Shown here: positions 49,042 to 59,224 of the stretch, piece by piece | How positions within the stretch are numbered: position 1 is the first letter of the stretch | How the letters are laid out: each line of letters opens with the position of its first letter | Assembly (NCBI GenBank): GCA_910584255.1 | Contig: CAJTXV010000001.1 | Coordinates: 81,318 to 145,317, forward strand | Length of the DNA stretch: 64,000 nucleotides | Source of the DNA: an uncultured Bacilli bacterium | GTDB lineage: Bacteria > Bacillota_I > Bacilli_A > RF39 > UBA660 | Direction of reading: 5' to 3' | Program-made: the position numbers and the translations under genes | The notes under the pieces: generated by a model | Told to the model about the DNA's origin: nothing | Database searches by the model: none | What the model saw: the letters and a program-made list of their open reading frames with translations, nothing else

Positions 49042-49295
49042 AAGAGTTCCTCCTGCATTGTTCTTTTTATAACATCTTTATTATAGCATAAATTCATTAA
49101 TTCTTTTATTTTTCCTTTTAATAAAGCACAAAAAAAGCAATCCTTTACAAGCGATTGCCTACTGCTAGGTACTACTTTACTTCCTACAGCATAAACACAC
49201 TGCATTACTTCATCAGTTGTACTTCATTACCTCTTCAACTGACAAATTTATTATATCACAATAAGTCGAATTTTGTCAATATATATTTTTACATT

Positions 49296-49400
49296 TACTA
49301 CTTATAAATTTACTATTTTTACCTATCTTAATTAATTGAATTTTTAAATATATAATTTATATATACACATTTTATAAGTTTACTATCTTTAAATGTATAT
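49296..49400 (+). promoter_or_regulatory. AT-rich promoter region with 3-4 direct repeats TTTACTAYYTTTA upstream of the HTH gene at 49453
   Basis: catTTACTACTTATAAATTTACTATTTTTACC ... AGTTTACTATCTTTAAA; candidate operator/iteron sites. Confidence 0.3.
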
Positions 49401-49452
49401 TTATTGAATCTATGGAGATTATATAATTACAACAAAATTGGAGGTGATATAA

Positions 49453-49713
49453 TTGGACTTACTTGAAATTGTTGGTCTAAACGTTAAATATTACAGATAT
49501 TTAAAACATTGGACACAAGAAGATTTATCCGATAATTGTGATTTTAAGATTTCATACATTAGCTTAATTGAAAGATGCGAAGCTAATATGACTCTCAAAA
49601 ACATCGAATATCTTGCTAAAATTTTAGGAGTTTCTCCTGATAAATTATTAGTGGAAGAAACTGCTGCCAAGGCAAAAAAGTTGCCAAATCGTGTTGATTT
49701 ATTTACTAATTAA
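49453..49713 (+). CDS. XRE-family HTH regulator (TTG start)
   Basis: LKHWTQEDLSDNCDFKISYISLIERCEANMTLKNIEYLAKILGVSPDKLL; GGAGGTGA RBS. Confidence 0.6.
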   Translation: MDLLEIVGLNVKYYRYLKHWTQEDLSDNCDFKISYISLIERCEANMTLKNIEYLAKILGVSPDKLLVEETAAKAKKLPNRVDLFTN

Positions 49714-49714
49714 A

Positions 49715-50851
49715 TTATTTAATTAGTTTTTTTATGGTTTGTAATGCCTTTTTCTTATCTAATGGTTTTTCAATATAACCATCAAATCCACAAGAGTTTA
49801 TAAAATAGTCAGCTTGTCCTCTATCACCTGTTACTATAACTACTGGAAGATCAAAGCCATCAATTCTTTTTAAATCTCTTATCAAGTCTGTTCCATTTTT
49901 TCCTGGCATTTGATTATCCGTTATTATTATATCATACTCATCAAAGGTGGTAAGTATTTCTTTCATACATTCATCAGCACTATATACTGCTTCTGAATCT
50001 ATACCAATTTCTTTTAAAACTTCTTGATTCATTTTTGCTGTCGGTTTATTGTCATCTACAACTAGAGCCATTATATTATTCCTTTTTCTTTTTAGATTTT
50101 CTGGCTCTAAAACTATTTTCACGATACTAATACTTATCTTAGATAAATTCACTTCAACTTGTACTTTCTTAGCAGAATGAAGAAAATATTGACGTATAAT
50201 CATAAAATCAGAATCAACTTGACAATCAACATAATCAAATGGATTTCCACTAATATTCAATAATGCACCTACAGGTTCAATATTATTTATATCATTTACT
50301 AAATTAACATTTTCTAAATCAATTTCAATTCTATTTTTTGAAATATTTCTTACAGCTATTGTTATTTCATTTTTTTTATCTATCTGAACTGATTTAGAAA
50401 GTAACATTTTTATTGCTTGTAATAATCTTTGATCATACGCTACTTCAATATCTATGTTTTTGGGAAATTCTAATTCAATTTTTCCATCAATGTTTTTAAT
50501 TATTTGATTTAATTCATCTTTTAAAGTTCCTTTTATAATTTGTTTTTTTGAATCATTATTTAATAGAGCATCAATATTATTAACTTGTTCCTCCAAATCG
50601 CAAATAATTTCTGAATTAAACAATTTTTCTTTTTTCATTTTTATTTTATCTAATTCTTCTATAGATTTTACCATGTTGCTATTAATTTTTGATAAAGCAT
50701 TTATTATAATCGTATGTTCTCTTTTTTCTTGTGTTAAAATTCTGTTTTTCTCTATCTCTTCCTCTGAGATTTTTTTTAACTTTAAGATATTAAGAATTCC
50801 TATTATACTAATTGTTAAAATGATTATTGTAAATATTATAAAACACCACAT
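49715..50851 (-). CDS. Membrane protein with a C-terminal response-regulator receiver (REC) domain
   Basis: N-terminal TM; C-terminal ALVVDDNKPTAKMNQEVLKEIG...IIITDNQMPGKNGTDLIRDLKR...PVVIVTGD. Confidence 0.55.
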   Translation of the reverse strand: MWCFIIFTIIILTISIIGILNILKLKKISEEEIEKNRILTQEKREHTIIINALSKINSNMVKSIEELDKIKMKKEKLFNSEIICDLEEQVNNIDALLNNDSKKQIIKGTLKDELNQIIKNIDGKIELEFPKNIDIEVAYDQRLLQAIKMLLSKSVQIDKKNEITIAVRNISKNRIEIDLENVNLVNDINNIEPVGALLNISGNPFDYVDCQVDSDFMIIRQYFLHSAKKVQVEVNLSKISISIVKIVLEPENLKRKRNNIMALVVDDNKPTAKMNQEVLKEIGIDSEAVYSADECMKEILTTFDEYDIIITDNQMPGKNGTDLIRDLKRIDGFDLPVVIVTGDRGQADYFINSCGFDGYIEKPLDKKKALQTIKKLIK

Positions 50852-50941
50852 TTTTATTCCTCCTTTTTATTTGCTCATATTTTACATTTACTATTTATAT
50901 TATTACTAGAATGGTTAAAAAAAATTGATTACTTTTTCTAT

Positions 50942-52429
50942 TCATGTTAACTGATATTTTTTTACTAATTCTTTTTCTTTTATATACCTATTAATTAGCT
51001 GAAGGACTCTTTCGACATCCTCTGCACAAACACACAACTCTCTAATTATTTTTTTACCATTATCAGTCGCATACCATATCAAATCCTTATTATGCTTTGA
51101 TATTTTTATTTCAAAATTGTTATTTTCAACACATAATTTAAAAGATAAAATATTAATATCTCGTCCTGTTTGATTTAGATTGTGCAAAGCTATATCTTTA
51201 AATATATTCTGATTCTTATCTAATCTTTCCATAATAGCTAAGATTAATTCTTTCTGTTCTTCCGTAATTTCTTGCTTTGTAACTGATATATCTTTTCTTT
51301 TTTGAATAATATCATTTATTAACGATTTCATTTGATTTTGATATTGTCCAACTTCGCTATCTTTAATATGGCTAATATTATATACTGTATATATACTTTG
51401 ATTTTCAAGTTCTGCAAAAAATTTTTTTACACAATCATGTTGATATGATCTTGTTGTTCCTCTAAAATTACCAAATACCGAATTATTATAATTAGAAAAT
51501 TCAACTAAATAATAGTTTTTCATGCGTAGCAATCCATCTTCAAACCCTCTTAAAATAATTCCAAAATTCTTTTCCGATATATGATTTATTTTTTTTTCAA
51601 AATCATCATCATCCAGCATTAAACATTGAATAAAATAATCCTTTAATTGAGTTTTGGGAAATAAATATATCTCTAACATTCTTATTAAAAATAAGTTATC
51701 ACGTTCAAATACTTCATCCAATTTATAAATCAATACGTTTAAATAATTCAAAATTGTTATTAGCCCATTTTCATTTCTTTTTATTCTTTTGATCTTATAA
51801 TCATTTCTAAATTTAAAAAAATATTCTAAATCTAATTCAATGAAAAATTTGGTTAATAAATCCGAATATGAAAGATTATTACTATTTATTAAATTAAGAA
51901 TTATTTTTTCTAATTCTTCAGTATTTTTAAAATCTATTTCTTCACTAGAAGCTGATTTTGAAATTATTAATGAATCTTCATATATTCTTGAATTTAATAG
52001 TTTAAAGTCTATTTTTTTCAGTTCTATATCTAATACTTTGTCCAATCCATTTTTTTCAATATCTATTTCATTTTTTTCTACACAATAAATAATCTTTTTT
52101 AATATTTCATCATTTTCTATTAATACTACATCAATCACACTTGATAAATTTAATAATTTAACGTGTGGCTTTCCTTTTAGCCAATGACATACATTTTCTA
52201 TAACATAAATTATTTTTTCAATCTTTATATTTATATCATTTTTTAAATATTCTTGGCATAGTTTACTACATAACACTTTTCTTATTGTATATGGATACCA
52301 TATATTCATTTGATATATTGTTTCCTCTACTATTTTTACTACATTGTTTACTTCTAAATCTTTTGCTTTAGTCATAGCATTTATTTTCCTCCATTTCTTT
52401 ACTACAACAACTACAAATAAATAATTCAC
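50942..52429 (-). CDS. Hypothetical protein
   Basis: 495-aa ORF. Confidence 0.4.
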   Translation of the reverse strand: MNYLFVVVVVKKWRKINAMTKAKDLEVNNVVKIVEETIYQMNIWYPYTIRKVLCSKLCQEYLKNDINIKIEKIIYVIENVCHWLKGKPHVKLLNLSSVIDVVLIENDEILKKIIYCVEKNEIDIEKNGLDKVLDIELKKIDFKLLNSRIYEDSLIISKSASSEEIDFKNTEELEKIILNLINSNNLSYSDLLTKFFIELDLEYFFKFRNDYKIKRIKRNENGLITILNYLNVLIYKLDEVFERDNLFLIRMLEIYLFPKTQLKDYFIQCLMLDDDDFEKKINHISEKNFGIILRGFEDGLLRMKNYYLVEFSNYNNSVFGNFRGTTRSYQHDCVKKFFAELENQSIYTVYNISHIKDSEVGQYQNQMKSLINDIIQKRKDISVTKQEITEEQKELILAIMERLDKNQNIFKDIALHNLNQTGRDINILSFKLCVENNNFEIKISKHNKDLIWYATDNGKKIIRELCVCAEDVERVLQLINRYIKEKELVKKYQLT

Positions 52430-52555
52430 TCTCCTTTCTTTTGGCAGTAAAAATCACTCTATTATTATAAATTTTATGCAGCAAACCTTTCCACCTGTTA
52501 TATGGACATAAATTGTCAAAAATCTTAACATTATAATAAGTGTGGAGGTGGGATT

Positions 52556-52807
52556 ATTAAGTATAAAACCAGAAAATTATTAGCAAACAACCTTATCTAT
52601 TTTAGACATAAATATAAATGGTCTCAAGAAACATTTGCTGAAAAATTGAAATCAAGCCCAGCTTACATTTCCCAATTAGAAAATGGTAAAAGAAATGTTA
52701 CAGCTGACTTTTTAGATAAAATTGCAGAAACTCTCAAAGTAGAACATTATGAATTGCTTGTTAAACGTGATGTTATAAATAATAAAAGAGTAGATCAAAA
52801 GAAATAA
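52556..52807 (+). CDS. XRE-family HTH regulator with an apparent non-canonical ATT start (absent from the ORF track)
   Basis: Frame open 52538-52807, encoding (I)IKYKTRKLLANNLIYFRHKYKWSQETFAEKLKSSPAYISQLENGKRNVTADFLDKIAETLKVEHYELL; SD GGAGGTGGG at 52544-52552; no in-frame ATG/GTG before the HTH. Confidence 0.45.
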   Translation: MKYKTRKLLANNLIYFRHKYKWSQETFAEKLKSSPAYISQLENGKRNVTADFLDKIAETLKVEHYELLVKRDVINNKRVDQKK

Positions 52808-52971
52808 TATAAATATTTCTTTTTTTTATATTCTTACTACTCTATCTATTTTAACATAATTTTTCATAATTTCATATATACTTTTGAATATTAATTCGAT
52901 TATTTAAGTATCTCTTAATTATTCGTGATAAATGTTAGAATTAATATGTAAGAAAGAAATAGGAGCGTGTT

Positions 52972-53226
52972 ATGAAAAATCAAAATTACATAATTTCTTA
53001 CGCAGACTATGGATCGATTCATTACGATATTAGTTCTATCATGAAGAAACGTAATCTTACACAAACCCAAATTGTTAAGAGAACTGGTCTTCATAATCAA
53101 ATCGTTGAAAGATACATAAATGGCTCTATAACTAGATATGATAAAGAAGTATTAGCCAAATTGTGTTATGTACTTAATTGTGAGTTGAATGAAATCATGT
53201 ACTACGTAAGACCAAAAGACAAATAA
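52972..53226 (+). CDS. XRE-family HTH regulator
   Basis: MKKRNLTQTQIVKRTGLHNQIVERYINGSITRYDKEVLAKLCYVLNCELNEI. Confidence 0.55.
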   Translation: MKNQNYIISYADYGSIHYDISSIMKKRNLTQTQIVKRTGLHNQIVERYINGSITRYDKEVLAKLCYVLNCELNEIMYYVRPKDK

Positions 53227-53293
53227 CTGCAATTATTGTCTTTTTTTTATTTTATAATTAATATTCAAAAAGGTCAATCTTTGAATATACACC

Positions 53294-54328
53294 CTAGTAA
53301 TTCATTCTAAAAGATACTACTGCATACCAGTAGTTATTATATTCATAAACACTCGCTGCAATGGCAACACTTCCCTCTCTCAGCATCGTTGCATTATGAG
53401 GTGGACTGTTTTTCCATGCTGTAATAAAATCGCTTCCTATACTTCCGTTTCCTATAATCTCTCCAAATCCATATCCAACACCATCATGTGAATAGTAACT
53501 GATTAATTCTTTTGATCTCCTATCTGCTTCGGATTGTGCTTCTGATGTAACTGGAAGTTCTGATAGTCCATTTGCCTTTCTGTAATCGTTAATTTGTCTT
53601 ACATAAGAATCAGCTAACTCTTTTTTATAACCAGAAAAAGATTGATTCGGTACACTAGGTGTAGGATTTTTAGGAATAACATTTGGTGATTGTTTATTGT
53701 TGTTATTACCGTTATTATTGTTTGATAAATTCTCTTCTACTTTTGGAACGATTTTTTGATTTACTTTCAAAATAAATTCTTTTTCAGCTTTATTATTACT
53801 TTCATCTTCAGCAATGATTTTTAAATTATACTCACCAACCTTAGATAAATCATAATCGCCATCTATTGAAAGTTTTATTTTAGAATAATCTTTTGCTTCA
53901 AAGAAAGTAGTTAGATCTATATTCTCAACATTTTCTTCTATTTCTATTACTTCTTGTGTAACTATAAATTCAGGTGCAATTGTATCCAATACTTTTACTA
54001 AAAAATGTTTTTTTTCTTTCCTATAAGTGATATTTAATTTGTATTCTCCAACTGGTAAAAAAGTCAGATCTCCTTTCATAAATTTCTTTTCTTTAACCAT
54101 TAAAGAATCCGAAAGCAAAGAATAATCTTTTATATTTTTAGTAGTATCAGCATCTTTAAGATAATCAGATACATCAGCACTAACCTCTTCCCCTAATTCA
54201 TAAACAAACTCAGTTTGCTTCAATTCTATTTTATCCTTATTTTTATTTGAACTTAATAATACTACTAAAAATACAATTATTGTTAATATTAGTATTATTG
54301 GTATTATTATCTTTACTATTTTTTTCAT
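53294..54328 (-). CDS. Membrane-anchored CAP/SCP (YkwD-like) domain protein with Ig-like (DUF5011-type) domains
   Basis: N-terminal TM; Ig-like block similar to 20139..20555; C-terminal YRKANGLSELPV...SHDGVGYGFGEIIG...AWKNSPPHNATML...YWYAVVSF. Confidence 0.6.
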   Translation of the reverse strand: MKKIVKIIIPIILILTIIVFLVVLLSSNKNKDKIELKQTEFVYELGEEVSADVSDYLKDADTTKNIKDYSLLSDSLMVKEKKFMKGDLTFLPVGEYKLNITYRKEKKHFLVKVLDTIAPEFIVTQEVIEIEENVENIDLTTFFEAKDYSKIKLSIDGDYDLSKVGEYNLKIIAEDESNNKAEKEFILKVNQKIVPKVEENLSNNNNGNNNNKQSPNVIPKNPTPSVPNQSFSGYKKELADSYVRQINDYRKANGLSELPVTSEAQSEADRRSKELISYYSHDGVGYGFGEIIGNGSIGSDFITAWKNSPPHNATMLREGSVAIAASVYEYNNYWYAVVSFRMNY

Positions 54329-54385
54329 TTTACTCCTCCAACTTCTATGTTAATGTGGCATCTAACGCCACATTCGATAATTCTA

Positions 54386-54847
54386 TTAATCTAAGTAGAA
54401 ATGATAACTTTTTTCATATATGAATTCTACTTGGTTTGAATAAACAGCTAAATAGAAATAAGCTTTCGCTTTGTGTCTTCTCACTTGTCTTTCTGAAAGT
54501 TCAAGTTTTTCTGCAATTTCTCGATCTTTATATCCATAAAAACATTTTAGTCTTAAAAACTCTGCTATTGTTTTATCAAAATCCTGTAATTTTAAAATTG
54601 TTTTAATATAAATTGCTATTTGATCATCATTCCAGGATAAATGTTTTAGCAGCTTATCTGATGCTGGAGAACCTGTTGATTTTCCAGAAAACACAACAAT
54701 ACTTGCTGAATTAAATGCACCTGTGCCTAATTGTCTTAAACGTTTTTCCACTAACGGTTGATACAATTCACATATTTCCTTTCCATTATTTGCTGTTTTT
54801 TCCATGTCAATTTTTGATATTACTTCTTTATCAAAAATATTAATCAT
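54386..54847 (-). CDS. Sigma-70 region-4-like / ArpU-family transcriptional regulator
   Basis: C-terminal YKDREIAEKLELSERQVRRHKAKAYFYL, a region-4 HTH pattern. Confidence 0.45.
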   Translation of the reverse strand: MINIFDKEVISKIDMEKTANNGKEICELYQPLVEKRLRQLGTGAFNSASIVVFSGKSTGSPASDKLLKHLSWNDDQIAIYIKTILKLQDFDKTIAEFLRLKCFYGYKDREIAEKLELSERQVRRHKAKAYFYLAVYSNQVEFIYEKSYHFYLD

Positions 54848-55101
54848 TATTCAGAATCCGAATCATTTTCTACATTAGATTCTTCATCTGTTATTTTACG
54901 AACATTAACTGCTTTTTTCTTTTCGGCATCATAATCAAAAATAACTTTATCGTCTTGATCTAAACTTTTAAACCCTTTCATTTGAATATCAGAAAAGTGA
55001 ATATAAATATCATTTTCTATTTCCTCACTTGTTATAAATCCAAATCCCTTTTCACTACTAAACCATTTTACACTACCTTTTAAATTCATTTTTTCTTGCA
55101 T
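54847..55101 (-). CDS. Cold-shock domain protein (CspA family)
   Basis: GSVKWFSSEKGFGFITSEE... Confidence 0.8.
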   Translation of the reverse strand: MQEKMNLKGSVKWFSSEKGFGFITSEEIENDIYIHFSDIQMKGFKSLDQDDKVIFDYDAEKKKAVNVRKITDEESNVENDSDSE

Positions 55102-55601
55102 TTTTTATTTTCTCCTTTTCTATTCTTATATACATCATTTACTTCTTCATTACTACCTACTGCAACATTATATAACTTATCAATTCTATTTTTTATAAAA
55201 TCAATAATTAACACTACTACCAAGATAACTACAAATAAGTAAAAACTGCACATTAGACTTCCTAGAATCATAAAATTATAATTCAGCAAAGAGCTAATTG
55301 GTAAAAATAATAAACTTAAATTGATAATTGAAAACAATCTTTTTATTGATAATTTATTTTTTCTACCATAATAGAAAACTACAAATAGCATCATAACAAA
55401 GGTAATTATATAATTATTTATAATCATTTTTTTAAAGTTTAACAAATTTAATATTGCTATCTCATTCTTGCAACAATTGAGTCTATCAAATAAGCAAAAT
55501 ATTGTATCTGTAGATAGATATAAGCAATAACCTATAACAATTAATAATAATAAACTCTTAATAATTTTTAAAACAAATGATAATTTATGATAATTACGCA
55601 T
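55086..55601 (-). CDS. Polytopic membrane protein
   Basis: 171 aa with four hydrophobic helices. Confidence 0.4.
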   Translation of the reverse strand: MRNYHKLSFVLKIIKSLLLLIVIGYCLYLSTDTIFCLFDRLNCCKNEIAILNLLNFKKMIINNYIITFVMMLFVVFYYGRKNKLSIKRLFSIINLSLLFLPISSLLNYNFMILGSLMCSFYLFVVILVVVLIIDFIKNRIDKLYNVAVGSNEEVNDVYKNRKGENKKCKKK

Positions 55602-55672
55602 TCTTTTGTTATTACCTTCATCACACCAATACTGCTCAGCATTACTACCAAATAAATCCTCATAAAACTGCT

Positions 55673-56023
55673 TTACCTTTTTAATAAACTTTCCTCCTTT
55701 TTGATCTCCAATGATATGGATAAAGCATCATCAATTTTATTCATAGCTTCTGAATCCAATGTTTTAATGTAATAAACTATTTGTTCTTTTGAAATAGTCA
55801 AAATACTTTCACATAATGCCATTACATTTGGTTCTAAAACCACGTGAGTTGGCATATATATTTTTTTGAGTTTAGTTGTAAGAGGTACAACGATTATGTT
55901 TGGCGAAAAAGTATTTCCTACATTGTTTTGAACAACTATACAAGGTCTTACACCATTTTGCACATGATCATATTTACTCTCTAAATTTACAACATAAATG
56001 TCTCCTTTTCTAATATTTCTCAT
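55673..56023 (-). CDS. MazF/PemK-family endoribonuclease toxin
   Basis: RKGDIYVVNLESKYDHVQNGVRPCIVVQNN...IIVVPLTTK matches the PemK/MazF core. Confidence 0.7.
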   Translation of the reverse strand: MRNIRKGDIYVVNLESKYDHVQNGVRPCIVVQNNVGNTFSPNIIVVPLTTKLKKIYMPTHVVLEPNVMALCESILTISKEQIVYYIKTLDSEAMNKIDDALSISLEIKKEESLLKR

Positions 56024-56280
56024 ACAAAGTAACTTTTAACCACACTAACTTCTAAAATATAATAAGCATCTACTGGATATTTTATTTTTCTTTTGTAATG
56101 ACGTATATCATCTGGAACAACTTTTAATACGCATGGGTATCCTTTCTTCTTTAATACTTCTACTATTTTTTCTCTACCTATTTTTTTAACTATTTCTCGT
56201 CCACAGCAACAATTTCCGAATCTCTTCAGGTGATACAGTATCCAATCAGGGATCTCGTTTTTTTCTTTTGAAAACTCCAT
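56020..56280 (-). CDS. Putative cognate antitoxin (atypical, Cys-rich), 4-nt overlap with the toxin
   Basis: Upstream overlapping 86-aa ORF; not MazE-like by eye. Confidence 0.3.
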   Translation of the reverse strand: MEFSKEKNEIPDWILYHLKRFGNCCCGREIVKKIGREKIVEVLKKKGYPCVLKVVPDDIRHYKRKIKYPVDAYYILEVSVVKSYFV

Positions 56281-56744
56281 TTTAATCCCCTCTCAAATCC
56301 TTAAAATATTTTTATTAAATCAAATTCAAAATTACTACCCACTTCAAAATATTTAATTTCATCATCTCCATCAAATAAATAATAAACAATATTATCAATT
56401 ACTTTAATGATTGTGAGAAAATATCCATTATTATCAGATAAGGCATTATAAATCTTATATCTACCTTTTTCTTGAAATTCTAATTTCATCACCTCTTTCT
56501 GTTTCTAATAAGAAACACTTTGTTTCAAAAAATAAAACATCTATTCTTGCTTTATACTACTAAGCAACTATTTTTTTCTATAGTTTCTTCTTATCACCTC
56601 CAAAATATTCTTTAAGTGTTTCCTATTGTGAACACTTTCACTAAAATAATAAACTTTTCTAGTCAGAAAGTCAATACCTTTTTTTAAATTTAAATTTTCT
56701 AAATAAAACTGTATAGAAATAATTCTATACAGTTGATACATATT

Positions 56745-57074
56745 TCAGTCTTTCATGGAATCAATACCTTCTTTTAAAATGGTGTTTAATTTATCTAAGT
56801 TATCTTCTTCCTCTACTGAAATAGTACCAATAGTACCAATCATTTCAAATAATTGTTCAAATTTTAACAATAAAGAATTACTTAATAAAAGCTCGTTAAT
56901 AGTTTTATTATAATCTTCTTCTATTACTATCAATTTTTGATCTATATCAATTAATTTATTTTTTATTTCTTCCAATGCTTCATAAGGCATACTTTTCTTT
57001 GAATCAACATACTCTTTTAATACTTCTAAAACTACTTCTACTTCTTTTACTACCAAATTCTTTTTCTTTGTCAT
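56745..57074 (-). CDS. Hypothetical protein
   Basis: 109-aa ORF. Confidence 0.35.
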   Translation of the reverse strand: MTKKKNLVVKEVEVVLEVLKEYVDSKKSMPYEALEEIKNKLIDIDQKLIVIEEDYNKTINELLLSNSLLLKFEQLFEMIGTIGTISVEEEDNLDKLNTILKEGIDSMKD

Positions 57075-57405
57075 ACTATTTTTCCTTTCTTATTGGTACT
57101 ACGTTTTGTGATGCTTCATTCCTTAACTGTTTTAAACAGCATTCTAAGATATGAATCATCTCATCTTTCTCAACTGAAGGAATAGTATTGCAAACGATTT
57201 CATTATTACAAATCACTATCTTTATACATCTTGTTTGAGTTGAAGACTGCTTTTTATTCAAAATTTCACCTGCCTTTCAAATAAGTCAGGATGAAAGCAT
57301 CACCCATATTCTTATTTTTTTCATAGACTACCTCCTACTTCATAAACTTCTTAATAAATATATAGCATGTGCTATATACCTAATATTTTAACAAAAAGAT
57401 TTCAA

Positions 57406-57471
57406 TTTGTCTACTATTGGAAACACTTAAATCGTTTTATAAAATAAAATTTGTTTCCAATAGTAGACAAA
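57406..57471. repeat. Perfect 20-bp inverted repeat with 26-nt spacer between divergent genes
   Basis: TTTGTCTACTATTGGAAACA (57406-57425) ... TGTTTCCAATAGTAGACAAA (57452-57471). Confidence 0.7.
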
Positions 57472-57526
57472 ATAGTAAAAAAATAGTAAAATGGTAATAC
57501 AGTTTTAGGAATGAGAGGCGATTATT

Positions 57527-57925
57527 ATGAATAGTGATGAAGCTTTAGGACAGATAATTCTTAATTATTGTAGAATTAACGGAATGAGTATTGGTGATTT
57601 CTCTAAGAAATCTGGAGTTAGTAAAGGATATATTAGTAAAATTACTAAGAATAAAATAGGAAAATATGGTCCTTCATCAACAATTAAGGAATTAATAGCA
57701 GATGGAATGGGAATTACTACAGTAGAATTAGAAAAACAAATAGAGAATTATCAAAATAACGATTTTAATCCACTTGATATTCCAGATAATGTTTTCATGG
57801 CGAAAATCAATAGTAAATTGAAAACATTGAATAATACAGATGCTGAAAAAATTTATAATATTATATCTAATGCAAATTCTGATCAATTGGAATTATTATG
57901 TAATTTATTAAAAAATATGAAGTAG
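57527..57925 (+). CDS. HTH regulator (XRE-like)
   Basis: INGMSIGDFSKKSGVSKGYISKITKNKIG. Confidence 0.5.
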   Translation: MNSDEALGQIILNYCRINGMSIGDFSKKSGVSKGYISKITKNKIGKYGPSSTIKELIADGMGITTVELEKQIENYQNNDFNPLDIPDNVFMAKINSKLKTLNNTDAEKIYNIISNANSDQLELLCNLLKNMK

Positions 57926-58013
57926 CCATATTTTTTATTTTATCATTTATAAAAGTGATTTATTTTTTTATATACACTATAAAAAAGAACCTACTAATGT
58001 AAGGCTCTATAAA

Positions 58014-58790
58014 TTATGATCCTGAATATTTATCAATTAAAGGTTTATGGTATTTTTCAACCATTTCTTTTCTCCAATTTATACATCTATCTTTACCCTC
58101 TTCGCCTGCTCCACCATAAAAAAATATTCTTTCTCTACAAACAGTTATAATAGCATGCCAGTAGCCTTTTTTATCTTGCCATACACCTTTAATACCACTT
58201 TTGCTATTTGGATATGCCTCTTCTCTTTTAATCATATCGATTTTTGTATTTTCTACATATCCCTTATTACACCCACATGAAGTTGATTCTCCATATATTA
58301 AATTTGAACCAAGTATTACTTTTTCTTTGCCACAATCGCATTTGCATAAAAATTGTCTTTGAGATTGAACAGTTTTTTCAACCTCTTTTATAACCTTTAA
58401 TTTATTAAATTTTTTCCCTATCAAATTATCATATTTGTCTTGATGAAGCAAACACCCACATGATCTAGTTCCAGCATGTAAAGATGCAGATGAGATTTCT
58501 TTCTCATTACCACATTCACATCTGCATAAATATATTACTCTTCCATGACTATTTCTCTTTTTTGTATCTTTAATAACTGTTAACATACCAAAATGACTTC
58601 CAGTTAAATCATTATAGCATCCACATGATTTTGTTATGCCTTTTTTTATTTCATATTTTCTTATAATTTTTTTATTACCACAATCACATAGGCATTCACA
58701 ATAAAGTTCATTGTTTTTCTTTATTTCACTCAAAATTAAAAGCTTATTAAATTTTTTTCCAATTAAATTTTCATATTTTCCCTTTGGCAT
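58014..58790 (-). CDS. Cys-rich protein with three CxCxCG...SCGC zinc-ribbon-like repeats and a C-terminal AP2-like domain
   Basis: CECLCDCGNKK...SCGCY; CRCECGNEK...SCGCL; CKCDCGKEK...SCGCN; C-terminal SGIKGVWQDKKGYWHAIITV... Confidence 0.45.
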   Translation of the reverse strand: MPKGKYENLIGKKFNKLLILSEIKKNNELYCECLCDCGNKKIIRKYEIKKGITKSCGCYNDLTGSHFGMLTVIKDTKKRNSHGRVIYLCRCECGNEKEISSASLHAGTRSCGCLLHQDKYDNLIGKKFNKLKVIKEVEKTVQSQRQFLCKCDCGKEKVILGSNLIYGESTSCGCNKGYVENTKIDMIKREEAYPNSKSGIKGVWQDKKGYWHAIITVCRERIFFYGGAGEEGKDRCINWRKEMVEKYHKPLIDKYSGS

Positions 58791-58988
58791 AATATCTCCC
58801 CTAGATAAATTAAACTCATCGATATAAATATTTGTTTTCTGGTGATGTATTATAGCACAAAAAATGCAAATATTCTATATGATTAGATTCACTTTAAATA
58901 TAAGTTGTCTTTAAACTTCATCTTTGCATCTTTTTTAAATTGTATAATTTTCTCTTTCATAATTCACATTCCAAATTGTAATTTGTGA

Positions 58989-59192
58989 TTATATCTTATT
59001 AAAGATTACAGTCTTTTCTTTCATTGATATTTTTCCAACTTCATATCCATATTCTTTGGATTCCTTCTTGTAGGTTAAAAATGAATGATCTATATCAAAT
59101 CCTAAAATATTTTTAATTTCCTCATAAGATAATTTATAACTTTCTTTATTATTCTCTTTTAAATACTTCCATAGTGGCTTATACTTACTCAT
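58989..59192 (-). CDS. Small hypothetical protein
   Basis: 67-aa ORF. Confidence 0.3.
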   Translation of the reverse strand: MSKYKPLWKYLKENNKESYKLSYEEIKNILGFDIDHSFLTYKKESKEYGYEVGKISMKEKTVIFNKI

Positions 59193-59224
59193 TCTAACAC
59201 CTCTTTAAATTGTAACTTGTCATT

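Noticed and set aside
52799-52827. Terminator hairpin AAGAAATA...TATTTCTT + T-run after the ATT-start HTH gene
   Set aside because: The stem is almost entirely A-U and overlaps the stop codon. It is too weak to call as a terminator, and is only noted.
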